Made by a program: the position numbers and the translations under genes | Shown here: piece by piece, positions 10,393 through 22,700 of the stretch | Layout of the letters: each line of letters opens with the position of its first letter | How positions within the stretch are numbered: the first letter of the stretch is position 1 | Assembly: GCA_002269645.1 (NCBI GenBank) | Contig: NIVC01000763.1 | Coordinates: 1-64,000, forward strand | Length of the DNA: 64,000 bases | From: Macrostomum lignano | Taxonomy: Eukaryota | Direction: 5' to 3' | The notes under the pieces: generated by a model | What the model was told of the DNA's origin: nothing | Seen by the model: only the letters and a program-made list of their open reading frames with translations | Database searches by the model: none

Positions 10393-11956
10393 GTAGCACA
10401 GTACAGGGAACTAGATGCAGAAATAATGTATAGTAGACATCTGCATTAAAGCATTCTATTTGTCATACATGTACATGCATTTTGCATAGTCAATACAAAT
10501 TACTATTGGATTATCATATTCGAATTGAAGTGGTTTCTATAAAATTTTTCCTTTATTTTATTACCAGGTTGCACCAATGCAGTGAACATAATTACTACAT
10601 GTAAGTAAGAGTTACAGAGATACCCGTTGCTACAAAGGTTGCACAAAAAAATGTTCCTATCTGGGTGATTTGCTATGTTGCACGTCAACATTCCTGCAAC
10701 AGTCCTGAGCGCGACAAATGAAACATAACATCTTCTACTTGTTGTCATCAACGTTCCTGCAACAGTGCTGCAACAAACTTGGCACTAGGGGATTATTAAT
10801 TGCCGGCTTCTGGCGATCGGCACAGTGCGTGTACAAATGGCATGTATTCGTAGAGAGGAACAAAAACGGACTGTCTTATTAGATGTATTTTAAATGTAAA
10901 TGCACATGAATGTACGTCTTTATAGTATTTTCCCTTCAAACTCCGACCCATGCAAACTTACTGCCATGTCACTTTACACGTAACATGCGTGGTACACAAT
11001 GAACCAAAGTCAAAGTGGTGGTTTTCAGGGTACGCCACCGGTCGTCGGAGCCACCATAGTTACTTTGCCAATGACCTACCCTGTGCGAAAAAAAGCCAAA
11101 GTTTTTTGTAGAACTGCAGCTAACTCTGCGTTGTTTGAGCGTAATTGTTACGTAGTCACCGTGTTCACTGCTTTTAAATAGAACTGAGATCGATTTTTTC
11201 TAAGAAACTTATTTTAGCTTACTTCTTGTATTTCGGCGCTGCGCTTGACTTCACTTGATGCCTAAGGGCTAAGAGTGTAGTGTTATTGTGTTAACTATTT
11301 TCTAGCTAATAAAAGTCGTTTGGGTGTGTTCAGATCAATTTTTACATAGCTAGAGAGCAAAGATACAATTAAGTCAATCCAAGCCGAATACATAAAATGC
11401 CTGTCAATGTAAGCCTAAGGCCCAGGATGGAATTCTTGCTCAGAGGAAGGAAAACGCGCGCGCACGTTTTTGGAGCAGCGCGCAAGTGCGCACGCCAGGG
11501 TCGCCAGCTAAAAATAAGAGAACTTGAGCGCACATAACCATGTTGTATACAAATTTTATCAAATTTTAACAATCGAAGTATTTTGTGTACATTTGCTACT
11601 ATTTTTGCTTTTCGATTATGCAATTACGAGTAAGGCAACAAAAAAGATAATGACACGTTTTACATTCATAAAAAATATTGCTTTGTATATTTTTGAGTAC
11701 ATGTATGCAACTGTGTATATTTTTGTTTTAATAATAACTTTTAATTAATTAGAAAAAGAGAAACACCTGCAAAAATGACAATTTTAGTACAGTTATGTTT
11801 TTAGTATAATATTAGACGTTTAGTATAGTTGGATTTAGTATAGTTGGGTTGATGTATATTGTCGCAAAATTCAAATCGAAATGTTGCGTTTCATGTACAT
11901 GTTTAATTAAAATAATGATTTTTCTTTGCCCTTCCTGCAAGTTACATGTAGCTATA

Positions 11957-12205
11957 CAGTGGCAGATCAATTTTTTGGGGGCGGTCTAAGTTTGGGCGCC
12001 AACACGAGTATAAGGGTGCCAATTTAGGGGCTTAAAAATGCATGTAGGGGGCGATAAGATATTAGCTTAGGGCGCAAAAAATGGTGTTTCGGGGCGAAAA
12101 AATCAAGTTTAGGGGGGGGGGGCGCAAACTTTGGCTTTTTCTGGGGGTGCACTATGTTCCGTCAAAAGTACTTATTTTAGGGACGCCCCCCCAAATCCGC
12201 CCCTG
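11957..12205. mobile_element. Non-autonomous hAT-type MITE nested in the hAT element
   Basis: Imperfect TIR CAGTGGCAGATC / AATCCGCCCCTG; 8-bp flanks TAGCTATA / TAGCTAGA (one mismatch). Confidence 0.7.
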
Positions 12206-12578
12206 TAGCTAGATGTACATTCAACCCTCTCTGTGCTGCGTCGTCCCATCTTCATTTCTGTCCTTTTCTCTGTGGCCTGCATGCCTAGGTACAAGTACAA
12301 ACCCCCCACTCTTGTTTTTCTATCTGCCCCGCACTTCATGTACGCTAGGCATATTATTAGCGTCCCCTCATTCTAAAATTCAAGACAAATATAAGTTTTG
12401 TTGCACTAAGCGTGCTGGTGTGCTTGTCCATTTGTGGTTATTGCCTGGAGAGTTCTGAATTGTTTACGCATTATATAGCGAATGATTTATTGAGTCAAAC
12501 ATCTTAACAAGTCATTGTACATGCATTGTGGTTCATTTCAACTTGCGTATAAATGCTAGTCAGACGTTACAGTCGGCA

Positions 12579-15538
12579 TTACACGAGGTGGCCCAACCGT
12601 GGTTTAACACAATTTTTTCGGCGCTGAACTGCGCTTCTAAACCCACTATTTAAATATCCGCGGATGGTACGGGGATCGGATGCAAGTGGACATGCCGCAA
12701 TCTTTAAATACTTAGACGCGATTTCGTTGACTGAACGTTCGATTAGAGAGCTGATGGGCGGGAGGCACCAATCGATCTTCGTTCGCAACTGCAAGGCTTT
12801 ATTTTTTTGCCTTCCCATAATGCGTTGGCTACGCATTACGCCGTAGAAACTTTCAGCAATTGCCTCCCCACCACCTGTGTTCAGTGCAACGTCAAGAAGA
12901 ATGCACACAGCTCGACCAGCTTCTTCAAAGACTGGTTGAACTGTGTATAATTGTTTTATAAGTGCTGCCTCATCCAGAATACAGTTGTCATAACAGCGTA
13001 CATCAGTTTCAACTTTAAAAACCTGCTGGAGGCGCGAATTCTCTTCAATTTTTATGGAATTAATGATTTGGCCCTTAATTGGCTTTTTTGACTTGGAACA
13101 TACAAGGCACTGTATCCCATACGGAGCAAGGTGACCCCAAAAGAGGGATTCAATAACATTCTTGTACTTTACATGTACGTAGCTATGGTTTCCAAGTATC
13201 AGTTCTGAAAATAATTCGTCTGATTCAGCCACCTCAGAAATATATGGGAGTGAAACCACATAATTAAAAAACGAACAAAACTCTGGCTCACCAGCCTCCA
13301 TGAAGCCAGAAAAGTTTATGCACTGCCGAATAGGCTTGGCTGTACCATTGGAAGCAGTTTCACGGGAACCACATAAAAGGTATAGTAGCTGCTCAAAGTC
13401 CATAAACTTGGCTAAGATATTTGAGCATGCTGAGGTTCCCTTATTTAATCGATTAGCCACACTTTGACGGAGAGAGCTGGAAACGACTTCGACCTCTCTG
13501 ACTGCATCATTAGTTGTTCTCTCCTCCCAAAGGTATACTTTCTTCTTATTACACCTCCGACGTCTTCCTCGACTACTTTCTGCTTCTTGCCCGACATATT
13601 CTTCGCCAATTACATGCCAGCCCTCTAGAAGCCGCACCTTCTTAAAGCTCATACCTTCAATGTCAGCTCGGTGCTTGTCATATAATGGACGACACTTTCT
13701 ATCCATCATTTGTAGAAGGCGATTCCCCATGAAACAATTTTCCAGTGATTGAATTGCAATCCCTGGGCCAGCTCCATCATTTCAACTAGTGGTTGAAACA
13801 CATCTAGTAGCAGACACAGATCGGTAGCAAAGTCTGCTCCCAAAACCCTATATTGGAGGGGAAAGTCTTCATCTTCATCGTGAATGCGACGAAAAGTTGC
13901 TGCATACAGACTGTAAGCTCTTTCAATTTTGACCCACTGCTTAACAGATGAGCTTGTAAATCGCTGTGTTGCATATGGTATTGGTACAGACACTTTTTCC
14001 TTCATTTTGGACGCCACTTTTGACATTAAAGTATGGTTTTTGCCCCTTCCCATTAAATGGTTAAACTCGTTGGCCCTTTCAATAAACAATGTTAAGCAAT
14101 CTGCCGCAGGTTTACCGTACTTTGACTCGCGAACATCTAACACCGCTAAATTAAGTAAGTGCGATACATCCCATATTACAGGTTGAAATGTAGAACTGTC
14201 CGCGATATTGCTACGCCCTGACAAGCGGGTTATTTCATTTGCAAACATTGCCGGTTGATACTGGCCATCAGCTGCTGTACCACAATACCGCAAGAGGTCC
14301 TTTTCCCCCAGTTTTAATTCATCTTGAATCGTGCGAAAGATAAGCTGCGCTAGCTCAGCCAGACTCCCCCAGTAACTACTACGCGATCTAAGTCCTGACT
14401 CGTGCTTGTGTCAGAATCTGATTCATTCGATTCACCAGAATCAGAAACATCACTATTTACTGAAGCACTGGAGTTCTCCTCGCAGACGTCTTCATTTTGT
14501 ACAAAATAAACACATGGGGCACCAACTGGGAATGCGACTCTTTCCCCTCGGCTTATAGTTGCAAGCAAGATAGCCTGGTTTGTCTCGCGGGTCTGTGTCG
14601 CTTTATCAACAATTCCCATGAAATGTGGAGGGAGACCTGTAGACTCCAATGGCGTCAAAAGAAGCTTCCGGTTTTCATCATTGATCCATTCGTTAGCTGC
14701 ATTAATAATAATTGAAAGCTGTTTTCTTCCGTGCCCCCGATTTCCAATTTGACAGCCATTGAGTTCTAGAAAAGTTACTTGATTTTCATAGTGTACAGCA
14801 CCAGCCTTGGATCTAATAGTTTGGATTGCTGAGCGGACTAAGCGTTTAGCAATTTCGTGAGATAGTTTGTCTTCTTCTGCTTGATCCTTTTGTTTTTTAC
14901 AGAGAGCGCATGCTGCCGTCCCTGTGAATTATTTGATGACCCTAAAAGATGCCCTCGCAGTTTGCTCTTGAAATTTCGCCAAAACTGTGTATCTTTTTTA
15001 TTAGAAGTCCCTTTTATAATCAACTCAGTTTCGCTGGGATTCATGTAAACACCTGTGCCCAATGTGCAATTATCACTATAGTGACGAGACACTTGAAAAA
15101 CAGACATTTTACTCAGCTTTCGAGTATCTAAAGCTTCCCAGCATGTTTTACACCTTACTACAGAGTGTCCATCTTCTTCATTCAAAAATAATTCTATGTC
15201 TGGGACTTCCCGCGCTACGTCTACAATAGAGTTTAGCGTCATCCACTTCTCCAAGTCCAATACAAACTCGCTGTTAGTTACACTTGCGCTGTGACTTCGA
15301 TTGGAATTCTCAGATGGCTTACCTAATGTCTCAAAGGCAAAGGCGAGTTTTCTTTCAACTATATCTCCTATCATACTAGGCAGTTTTTTAACAAGATCGG
15401 AAAATGCATTGGCACAGTCACCAGCACAGGATGGGTTTATTACACCAGAGTTTGTTGGTGGTAGAGTAGTACTTTCTTCGCGATCAGCCTCAGAACGAGT
15501 CTTCTTTGCCTGAGGTGCCTCAGTATCGCTAGAAGCTA
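12579..15538 (-). CDS. hAT-like transposase (main exon, three apparent -1 frameshifts; upstream exons likely)
   Basis: ORFs 14838-15374, 14350-14658 (open further 5'), 13706-14293 and 12579-13730 join by single-base shifts at A6 (14893-14898), G5 (14366-14370) and G4 (13725-13728). Motifs: Cys/His finger CKTC..H..H, first Asp in FMGIVDKAT, second Asp in GTAADGQY, WDVSHLLNLA (CxxH-like), and dimerisation region GEAIAESFYGVMRSQR..LRTKIDW. The frame is open to an acceptor TTTTTAG near 15538. Confidence 0.8.
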
Positions 15539-18458
15539 AAAATTCATTTTTTCTTTTATATTAATGTGTTGCTCATTCTAAAAGCATATTGTAAAATGTG
15601 TAAAAAGCCATAAGAAACACTTTAAATTACATGAAATGGTCTCTCTTTCATCTGGTGCAGCAACAGGGTGAGATCTCTTTGAAGTCCTATGTGTTTTAGC
15701 AGCTTCATGTTCTGAAAGTGAAATAGTTATGAAGTAGTAAATAGAAATGATCAAAAAAACAGATGAAGTTATACTTCTAAAAAAACTTAAGCCATACCTC
15801 TAACAAGCAAGATGGCCTCCTGGGAAGAATTCCTAACCAAATTGCAAGTTTTGGCAGTGTGGAATTTACTCGCAGTGTGCCGATCCTTGTCTCTCTTTTG
15901 AGAGACAGTGTACTTCAACTAAAATATTTCAACTATAATAATCAAACTATTGAAAACAATATATATAAATAATATTTAGAAATAGTGAACCAAATTTACC
16001 TTTCCTTGTAGATAACATTCCTTACATATAAAAATGTTAGGACCTCTATCCTGAAAGGCAAGGCCTAGTGGCTGTGACTGGCCTGAAGACATACTAGAAC
16101 CAGCACCTTTATCTTGGCGCCATAATTCTAAAAAAAGAAATTTGAATAGCAGTTACTTTAATTGAAAAGTTTGAAATATACCATCCTATTTAAACTATAT
16201 ATTCAATGTTAAATAATCTTAACTAACCAAAGGAAAAAAGCTTGTCCATCCTCTCGATTTACAGAAGGGGTAGTAGTAATAGTGATAGGTGAATCTGGCC
16301 TAGGAATGGATCCAGCACCACTGCTATTGTCAATTGGACTAGCAGTAAAAACAGAAACAGTTGCTCTTTGCAAAAGCAAAGGAGTGCCAGTAGGACTAGG
16401 TTCTGGTGGGGCCTGGATTTCATTTTCAATATCAATTGTGTCTTTGGCAGTTATCATAAGATATGAAATAATGGCAATTGTCCAAATCCCTGGCACAACA
16501 GCAAGGAAAGCCATTATGATATGATGTTGTCTTATTGAATGTTGCAGATGCTAAGATGCAGATCAGTTAAAAAATAATCATGAAATAAAAGATTTTATTT
16601 CTTATTATTAGTATTAATAAATATTACTATTTTAGTATTATTGAAACAAACAGTGGAACTATATATAAGTTATTTATAAACACTATAGCTTTTAGTTTTA
16701 AAATAGTATTGCAGACTTGCAGTGTAGTATTGAAAAAAATTACAAAAATAAAAAGTATAAATCAAATGATAAATTCCAAATCATAATGTATAAACCTTTG
16801 ACCTGCCTCATGGCTTATGCTTGACACTGAAAGCTTTTTAATAGCCAATATCTTAATCTTAATTCTTAATGGCCCTATGTGTAGTAGGGCTGTAGGCTAG
16901 TTTAGTTATGAAATCCTATACAAAAACAAAATGTCTAAGTCCAATTAGTCCAAATTATAAGTGTAAATTGTTCGATTCTTTTTATTTTAGGCACTGCAGT
17001 TGCCCTTCAATAAAACTCGAAAACTAAACTCGCTATATTGATTGTTTGCCAATTGCCATCACCGATGGCTGGCAATGCCATTCGCATAGTCACTTCAAAT
17101 CTAAAGAAATTGTACGCGTAAAATATTAGTATTTCTTAGAAAAAAAGTTAAGCAAATGGTTTAACGTGAAATTTCAAAACAGTTAATTGTGCAAAGATTA
17201 AAAAAATGAGAAAGTAAATTCATCTTTTCGCATTTGTTAAAGACTGTAGTGACTTTTTCTTAAAATCTCTGAGAAAATGTAGGAAAGAGTTCAGACAACA
17301 CGGCCAATTAATAAAGCTGGGAATTTACGGTATATTGAACGAACATAGAATCAAATCCGTATTTAAAATATTAAAAACTTGTTCTTACGAATGGTGCATC
17401 AAACGTTTCAATTTCCTCAAAAGCAAAAACATAACATTGGGGCGAAAATGGGTCGGATTTTGACGGATCATATACGTACAATTATAAATTAATATGCATT
17501 ACATGTATATTTGTATGTGGTATTACATGTACTGTACTTACATGAATGATGTTTTTTCTCACTCGTCGAAGGGACATCTCTGCAATTTTTTTTAAAAATG
17601 TGCGCACTTATGCACGCAAGGGGTCACAAGCGCGCACGCGCGCGCAAGCGCGCACGCGCGCACAAGTGCGCACATACCTTTCATGAGAGCGCGCACGTAG
17701 GCCCCTTTCAAGCGCGCAAGCGCGCACGAATTTGACAAGCGCGCACAAACGCGTAACGACTTTCGTGCAAGAATTCCATCCTGGCCTAAGGCTAAATGTC
17801 TGGCTCAGTGTCTAAAATTAAACGGTTTCTTTGCTAGGTCAATGCTGTGCCAGTACCCACCTATTTAAAATTGACATCTATTCGCTTTTTATTGCACATA
17901 ATATTGCTTTTTGTTGTCATGTTTAAAAAACTGCGCCAAAAGATTGAAGAAACTGATGGAATTAAGAAGGTAAGCCAGCATATTTTAATTTTGTTATCTT
18001 TATCTGGACAATTTTTATTATCCCAACGTAATTATCTTGATACTAAGTCATTAACTCGTCTGTATGCATGTATCATACCAAAAGGTTAGCAAAATGAGAA
18101 TGATTGATTGATTGCCTACTTATTGCATTGGCTTAGACTAGGGACAAGGTCTAGGTCTATATTTTTATTTCTACTTTGATAAATTTGCCCAAAGTATATT
18201 AAAATTCTTGTTTAGCTAAAATTGTTATAGGCCTATAGCATTGTATAAAATTTTTATAAATCTAAAGATTAAATAATATAGGCCCTATTAATAGCAATAT
18301 AATTTGTAGGCCTATTTTATTATTCTACATTGATACTATCTATTGCTATTTTTAAAAATGTTTGTTTGATCTATTGTATGCATTATAAAGCTTATTGGCC
18401 ATAGTTTGGAAGGCAACATATATGCCAAGATTTCCTGGTATATAACAAGGGTACTTAT

Positions 18459-19115
18459 TAGTGTTCCACCATAAAGAGAGTCCATGTACATGTACTATAG
18501 CCGTAGCCATAAGCAAAACTACGGCTTATTCCAATTCTCCGTATTCCGTAGCCATAGGGACCCCGAAATTACCATATTCCCATAGTTCCCATATGGCCAT
18601 AGCCATAGCTGTAGTTTTAACAAAAGTCTAAAAAACAAAATATTTTGAATCAAGAAGATAACCTAGTGCTTAAACAACTGCAAATTAAATTAGAAAATAA
18701 AAGAAACACTCGATTGCCTTTGTAAGATTATATTTCGTCTTTTTTTAGAGCAACAATACTTAATTGTTACTGAAAGTACTAATGCTAAACTTTTTCATGT
18801 AAATAAAAGTTAGAGTTTGCTAGTGTTTTATTGTACTTTTTTAGGTATATTTTATAAGTTTCTAGGTTGATAATACAGTTTACTAAAAGTATCTTTGTTT
18901 TACTCTACCTGTTTCTAATATTTTTTCAATTTTTGACATTTAATAACTATGGCTACGGGAATCTACGGAATATGACAGCAACTACCATATTTCCATAATC
19001 GTAGCTGTAAGAGCAGCTAGCTACCGTAGACGTATCCGTAGCTGCCGTAGACACCTATTTTACTGTATTTGCTATAGGATCCCAGAGCCATAGCTACGGC
19101 TATGGGGGAACACTA
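18459..19115. mobile_element. Non-autonomous hAT element, 657 bp
   Basis: 15-bp TIR TAGTGTTCC(A/C)CCATA, perfect 8-bp TSD GTACTTAT (18451-18458 / 19116-19123), multiple inverted CCGTAGCCATAG-type subterminal repeats. Confidence 0.9.
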
Positions 19116-19158
19116 GTACTTATCATTTTTCAGCATATATTAACATATATCCCAGATG

Positions 19159-19302
19159 CAGGGGCGGATTTAGGGGGGGAGATAGGGAGGGGGTGGCCCC
19201 CCAAAAATAGCTTGACTAAACATATTGCACACCCCAAAAACCTAAATTTGCACCCCTCTAAACTTGATTTTTTATTCCCCAATGCCTTTTTGTGCCCCTA
19301 AA
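19159..19302. mobile_element. Diverged, inverted relative of the 11957-12205 MITE
   Basis: Starts CAGGGGCGGATTT and aligns with the reverse complement of 12062-12205 (..TAAACTTGATTTTTT..TTTTTG(C/T)GCCC). Confidence 0.7.
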
Positions 19303-19761
19303 AAACCTAGAGATTTTTGTTAAGCCAAGCATTAAAAGAAGAGTTTTAAAGTTAAGGCTATAGCTTAAAAGGAGGCTTTGATATCACTATATCAAAAGGG
19401 ATACTTATATCTTATAATAAATACCAGGTTATTCAGTTCAAGGCTAATGATTTTTGTTTAAAATATTTTTAAAAAAAATAACAATTATGACCTACATAAG
19501 GTTAAAAGCTATGTTTATAGTTATCTATTGATATTAAAAAAATATTAATTTTTTGTTGCCTCTTCAATAGCCAATAAAGATTTGCTAGTAACTTCTAAAA
19601 GCATTAATAAATATCTAATTATCAAAATATAATTTCTATTTAAAAAGCTTCAGATTAGCATATTTACATAGGTACCTATTTCATAGCCATAGCAGTAATT
19701 ATAGTGGACCGCTACTAAATACATAATCAAACAGGCAAGCGACTCTCTGCTAGGCAAGTAC

Positions 19762-22700
19762 ATGAGTCCAGGCTCTGGTCAGCAAGCGGAAGCTACATCA
19801 CTGGGCTCCGAGTCGCCAGCTTTCTCCACAGCTTCCTCTACGCCGCATCAGCTCTCAGCAGCGGCGCCAGCAAAGTCGCGCTCTCGACAGTCTTCAATTG
19901 GTTCTGCTGTTAGTGAAACTCCTTCATCTGTTGCTGCGGCTGCTGCTGTTACTGCGGGGACTGGCGAGGCGTCAGCGACTGCGGCAGCCGCCTCGGCGCT
20001 GGAGTCTCTGAGCCGGCCGGAGCTGCTGCAGCGGTTGAGTCACGCGCAGTCGCTGGCCCGTCGTTACAAGGCTCGCCTGTTCGAAGCTGACAATCGGCTG
20101 CGCGATGTCTGCGGCAGTGGCGGCGGCGGCGGCGGCCATCTGCTGCCGAAACTGGCTGCTCGCGATCGGCTGATTGACTCGCTAAAATTGCAGGTGCGAG
20201 GGTCCGGCTGGCTGCTCTTGCATTGTCACTCATATAATTTGCATTGTCACTCTTATCTCACTTGCATTGTCACTCTTATCTGACTTGCATTGTCACTCTT
20301 ATCTGACTTGCATTGTCACTCTTATAATTTGCATTGTCACTCTTATCTCACTTGCATTGTCACTCTTATCTTACTTGAATTGTCACTCTTATCTGACTTG
20401 CATTGTCACTCTTATCTCACTTGCATTGTCACTCTTATCTGACTTGCATTGTCACTCTTATCTCACTTGCATTGTCACTCTTATCTAACTTGCATTGTCA
20501 CTCTTATCCCACTTGCATTGTCACTCTTATCCCACTTGCATTGTCACTCTTATCTAACTTGCATTGTCACTCTTATCTGACTTGCATTGTCACTCTTATC
20601 TAACTTGCATTGTCACTCTTATCTGACTTGCATTGTCACTCTTATCTGAATTGCATTGTTAATCTTATCTCACTTGCATTGTCACTCTTATCTGACTTGC
20701 ATTGTCACTCTTACCTGTGACAATGCTATTAGCTTTGACGAAAACCGGCAGAAATCCCTCTGATCCCTTGCCTTTCTCCAGTCCAAACTGCTATCCGAAG
20801 GCCGTCCGGTGCCTGACGATTTGCTGGCCGAAATTGTCCAAGCTGAATCGGAAGTAGCCGAGCTGACTGAGGAGACCCCGGCCGCCGACTTGAAGCAGAA
20901 AGCATCGAACGGTGACAGCAGCTTGGCGAAGTCTGATCATCGAGATCGCGAGGAGTCTGCGGAGAAGCTGCGTATGGAAATCCAACAGCTTAGAGAGCGG
21001 CTGGATTCTAAAGCTGTGAGCCCTAATTTATTAAACCCTACTGAAGGATCCACCGGAAGACCAGCGGCCCTTAAAAGAGGACCCGTAGGGAGACCAGCGG
21101 CCTTTAAAAGAGGACCCGTAAGAAGACCAGCGGCCTTTAAAAGAGGACCCGTAAGGAGACCAGCGGCCCTTAAAAGAGGACCCGTAGGTAGACCAGCGGC
21201 CCTTAAAAGAAGACCCGTAGGGAGACCAGCGGCCCTTTAAAGAGGACCCGTAGGTAGACCAGCGGCTTTTAAAAGAGGACCCGTAGGGACACCAGCGGCC
21301 TCTAAAAGAGAACCCGTAGGGAGACCAGCGGCCTTTAAAAAGAGGACCCGTAGGGAGACCCTGCTAAATAACCTGCTAACGCATTTAAGCATCCAATATA
21401 TTTCCAAAGGCCGAGCTCAACGACCTGCAAAAGCAGTTGGCCTCGCTGCGCCGAACTGCCGCCTCCCCAGCTGCCGGCAGCAGCAGCGGCAGCGACCCCG
21501 ACGCCTCGGCATTGGAGGGCCGCCTACGCGACGCCGAAGCCAAACTGGCGGAGGCTGAGCAGCGGCACCGCGACGAGAGGGCCATCGCTGCCGAGGAGGC
21601 GGCCGCCGGCAAGCGGCGGTTGAAGCAACAACTGGCTGAGCTGCAGCAGCAGCTGCAGGCGAGAGAGCGCGAGGCGGCACTTAAGGTTTGGACTCGAGAC
21701 GTAGAAAAGTCTTTGCGCAGTTTGATATTTCAGATGATTTTCAGGGGCTTTAGCACGAGGGGCTTTATCGATTCCAAGTGCAGTCACATTAATTTGGGGC
21801 TGAATTGGAATCTCGGCTTGGCTCTGCTCGTGCAATTAATGGCCTTGAGAGCCAACCCCCAAGGCGCAGTGAAGTGTACATGCCTAACGATAATATAAAG
21901 TTAGGGCCGCTGTACACTCCTGTGTGAGTGTGTGCCTGCGTACGTATCCGCGCGCTTGTATGCCTGCTCAGGGGAGTCGGCGGAATGGGCAGTAATGCCT
22001 CTCGCCGGTTGTGTGCCTGTCGCTTAAAGTGCGCCAGGGTGCACACAACCCCCCTGCCTCTAATCTAATCAAAAAAGAGGGGCTTTAGCACCAGGGGCTT
22101 TAGCCAAGGGGCGCCGTAGTTTTTGCCTCCTCCCGCTAGGCTACGTCCCAGATTGTTGATCCTAAATTTCGAGTTTCGCTTCCCCAGGACTCGACCGGGG
22201 CCACTCGCGAGTCGGAAATCCGCACCCTGAAGGAGCGTCTGGACAGCCGGCTGGCTAGCGAGAAGCGACTCCGCGAGGAGGTGAAAGCGCGCAGCGCGGA
22301 GGCGACTACTCTGGCTGAGCAGCTGCGCGCCAGTCGTCAAGAGGCGGAGAGCCTGGCGTGCGAGTGCCGAGATCATCGGCGCCAATTGGAGGCGGGGCTT
22401 TCCAGCCAGATTGAGCAGCTGGAGACGGAGCAGGCGGACAAGTTAAAAGCGGCTGCCAAAGAGTTTCAGGACCGGCTGGACGCTAAGGAGCGCGAGTTTC
22501 AGGCCAAGTTTCAGGTTGGAGTTCTGGGGTGGCTTGCGTACAATTTGGGGTGGGTGGTGAGTGTTTCGTGTTCCCGCGTCGCATGCGTACAATTTGGGGT
22601 AGGTGGTGGTGTTTAGGTTCTCGTGTGGTCTGCGTACAATATGGGTAGGGGTGGGGTTTCATGCGTGGCCTACGTACAATTTGGGGTGGGTGGTGGGTGG

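Larger units (their letters stand above)
11422..17784 (-). mobile_element. Full-length hAT-superfamily DNA transposon, 6363 bp
   Basis: Perfect 18-bp TIR CCAGGATGGAATTCTTGC (11422-11439 / 17767-17784), perfect 8-bp TSD CCTAAGGC (11414-11421 / 17785-17792), GCGCGCAC-type subterminal repeats at both ends, and an internal hAT-like transposase. Confidence 0.93.
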
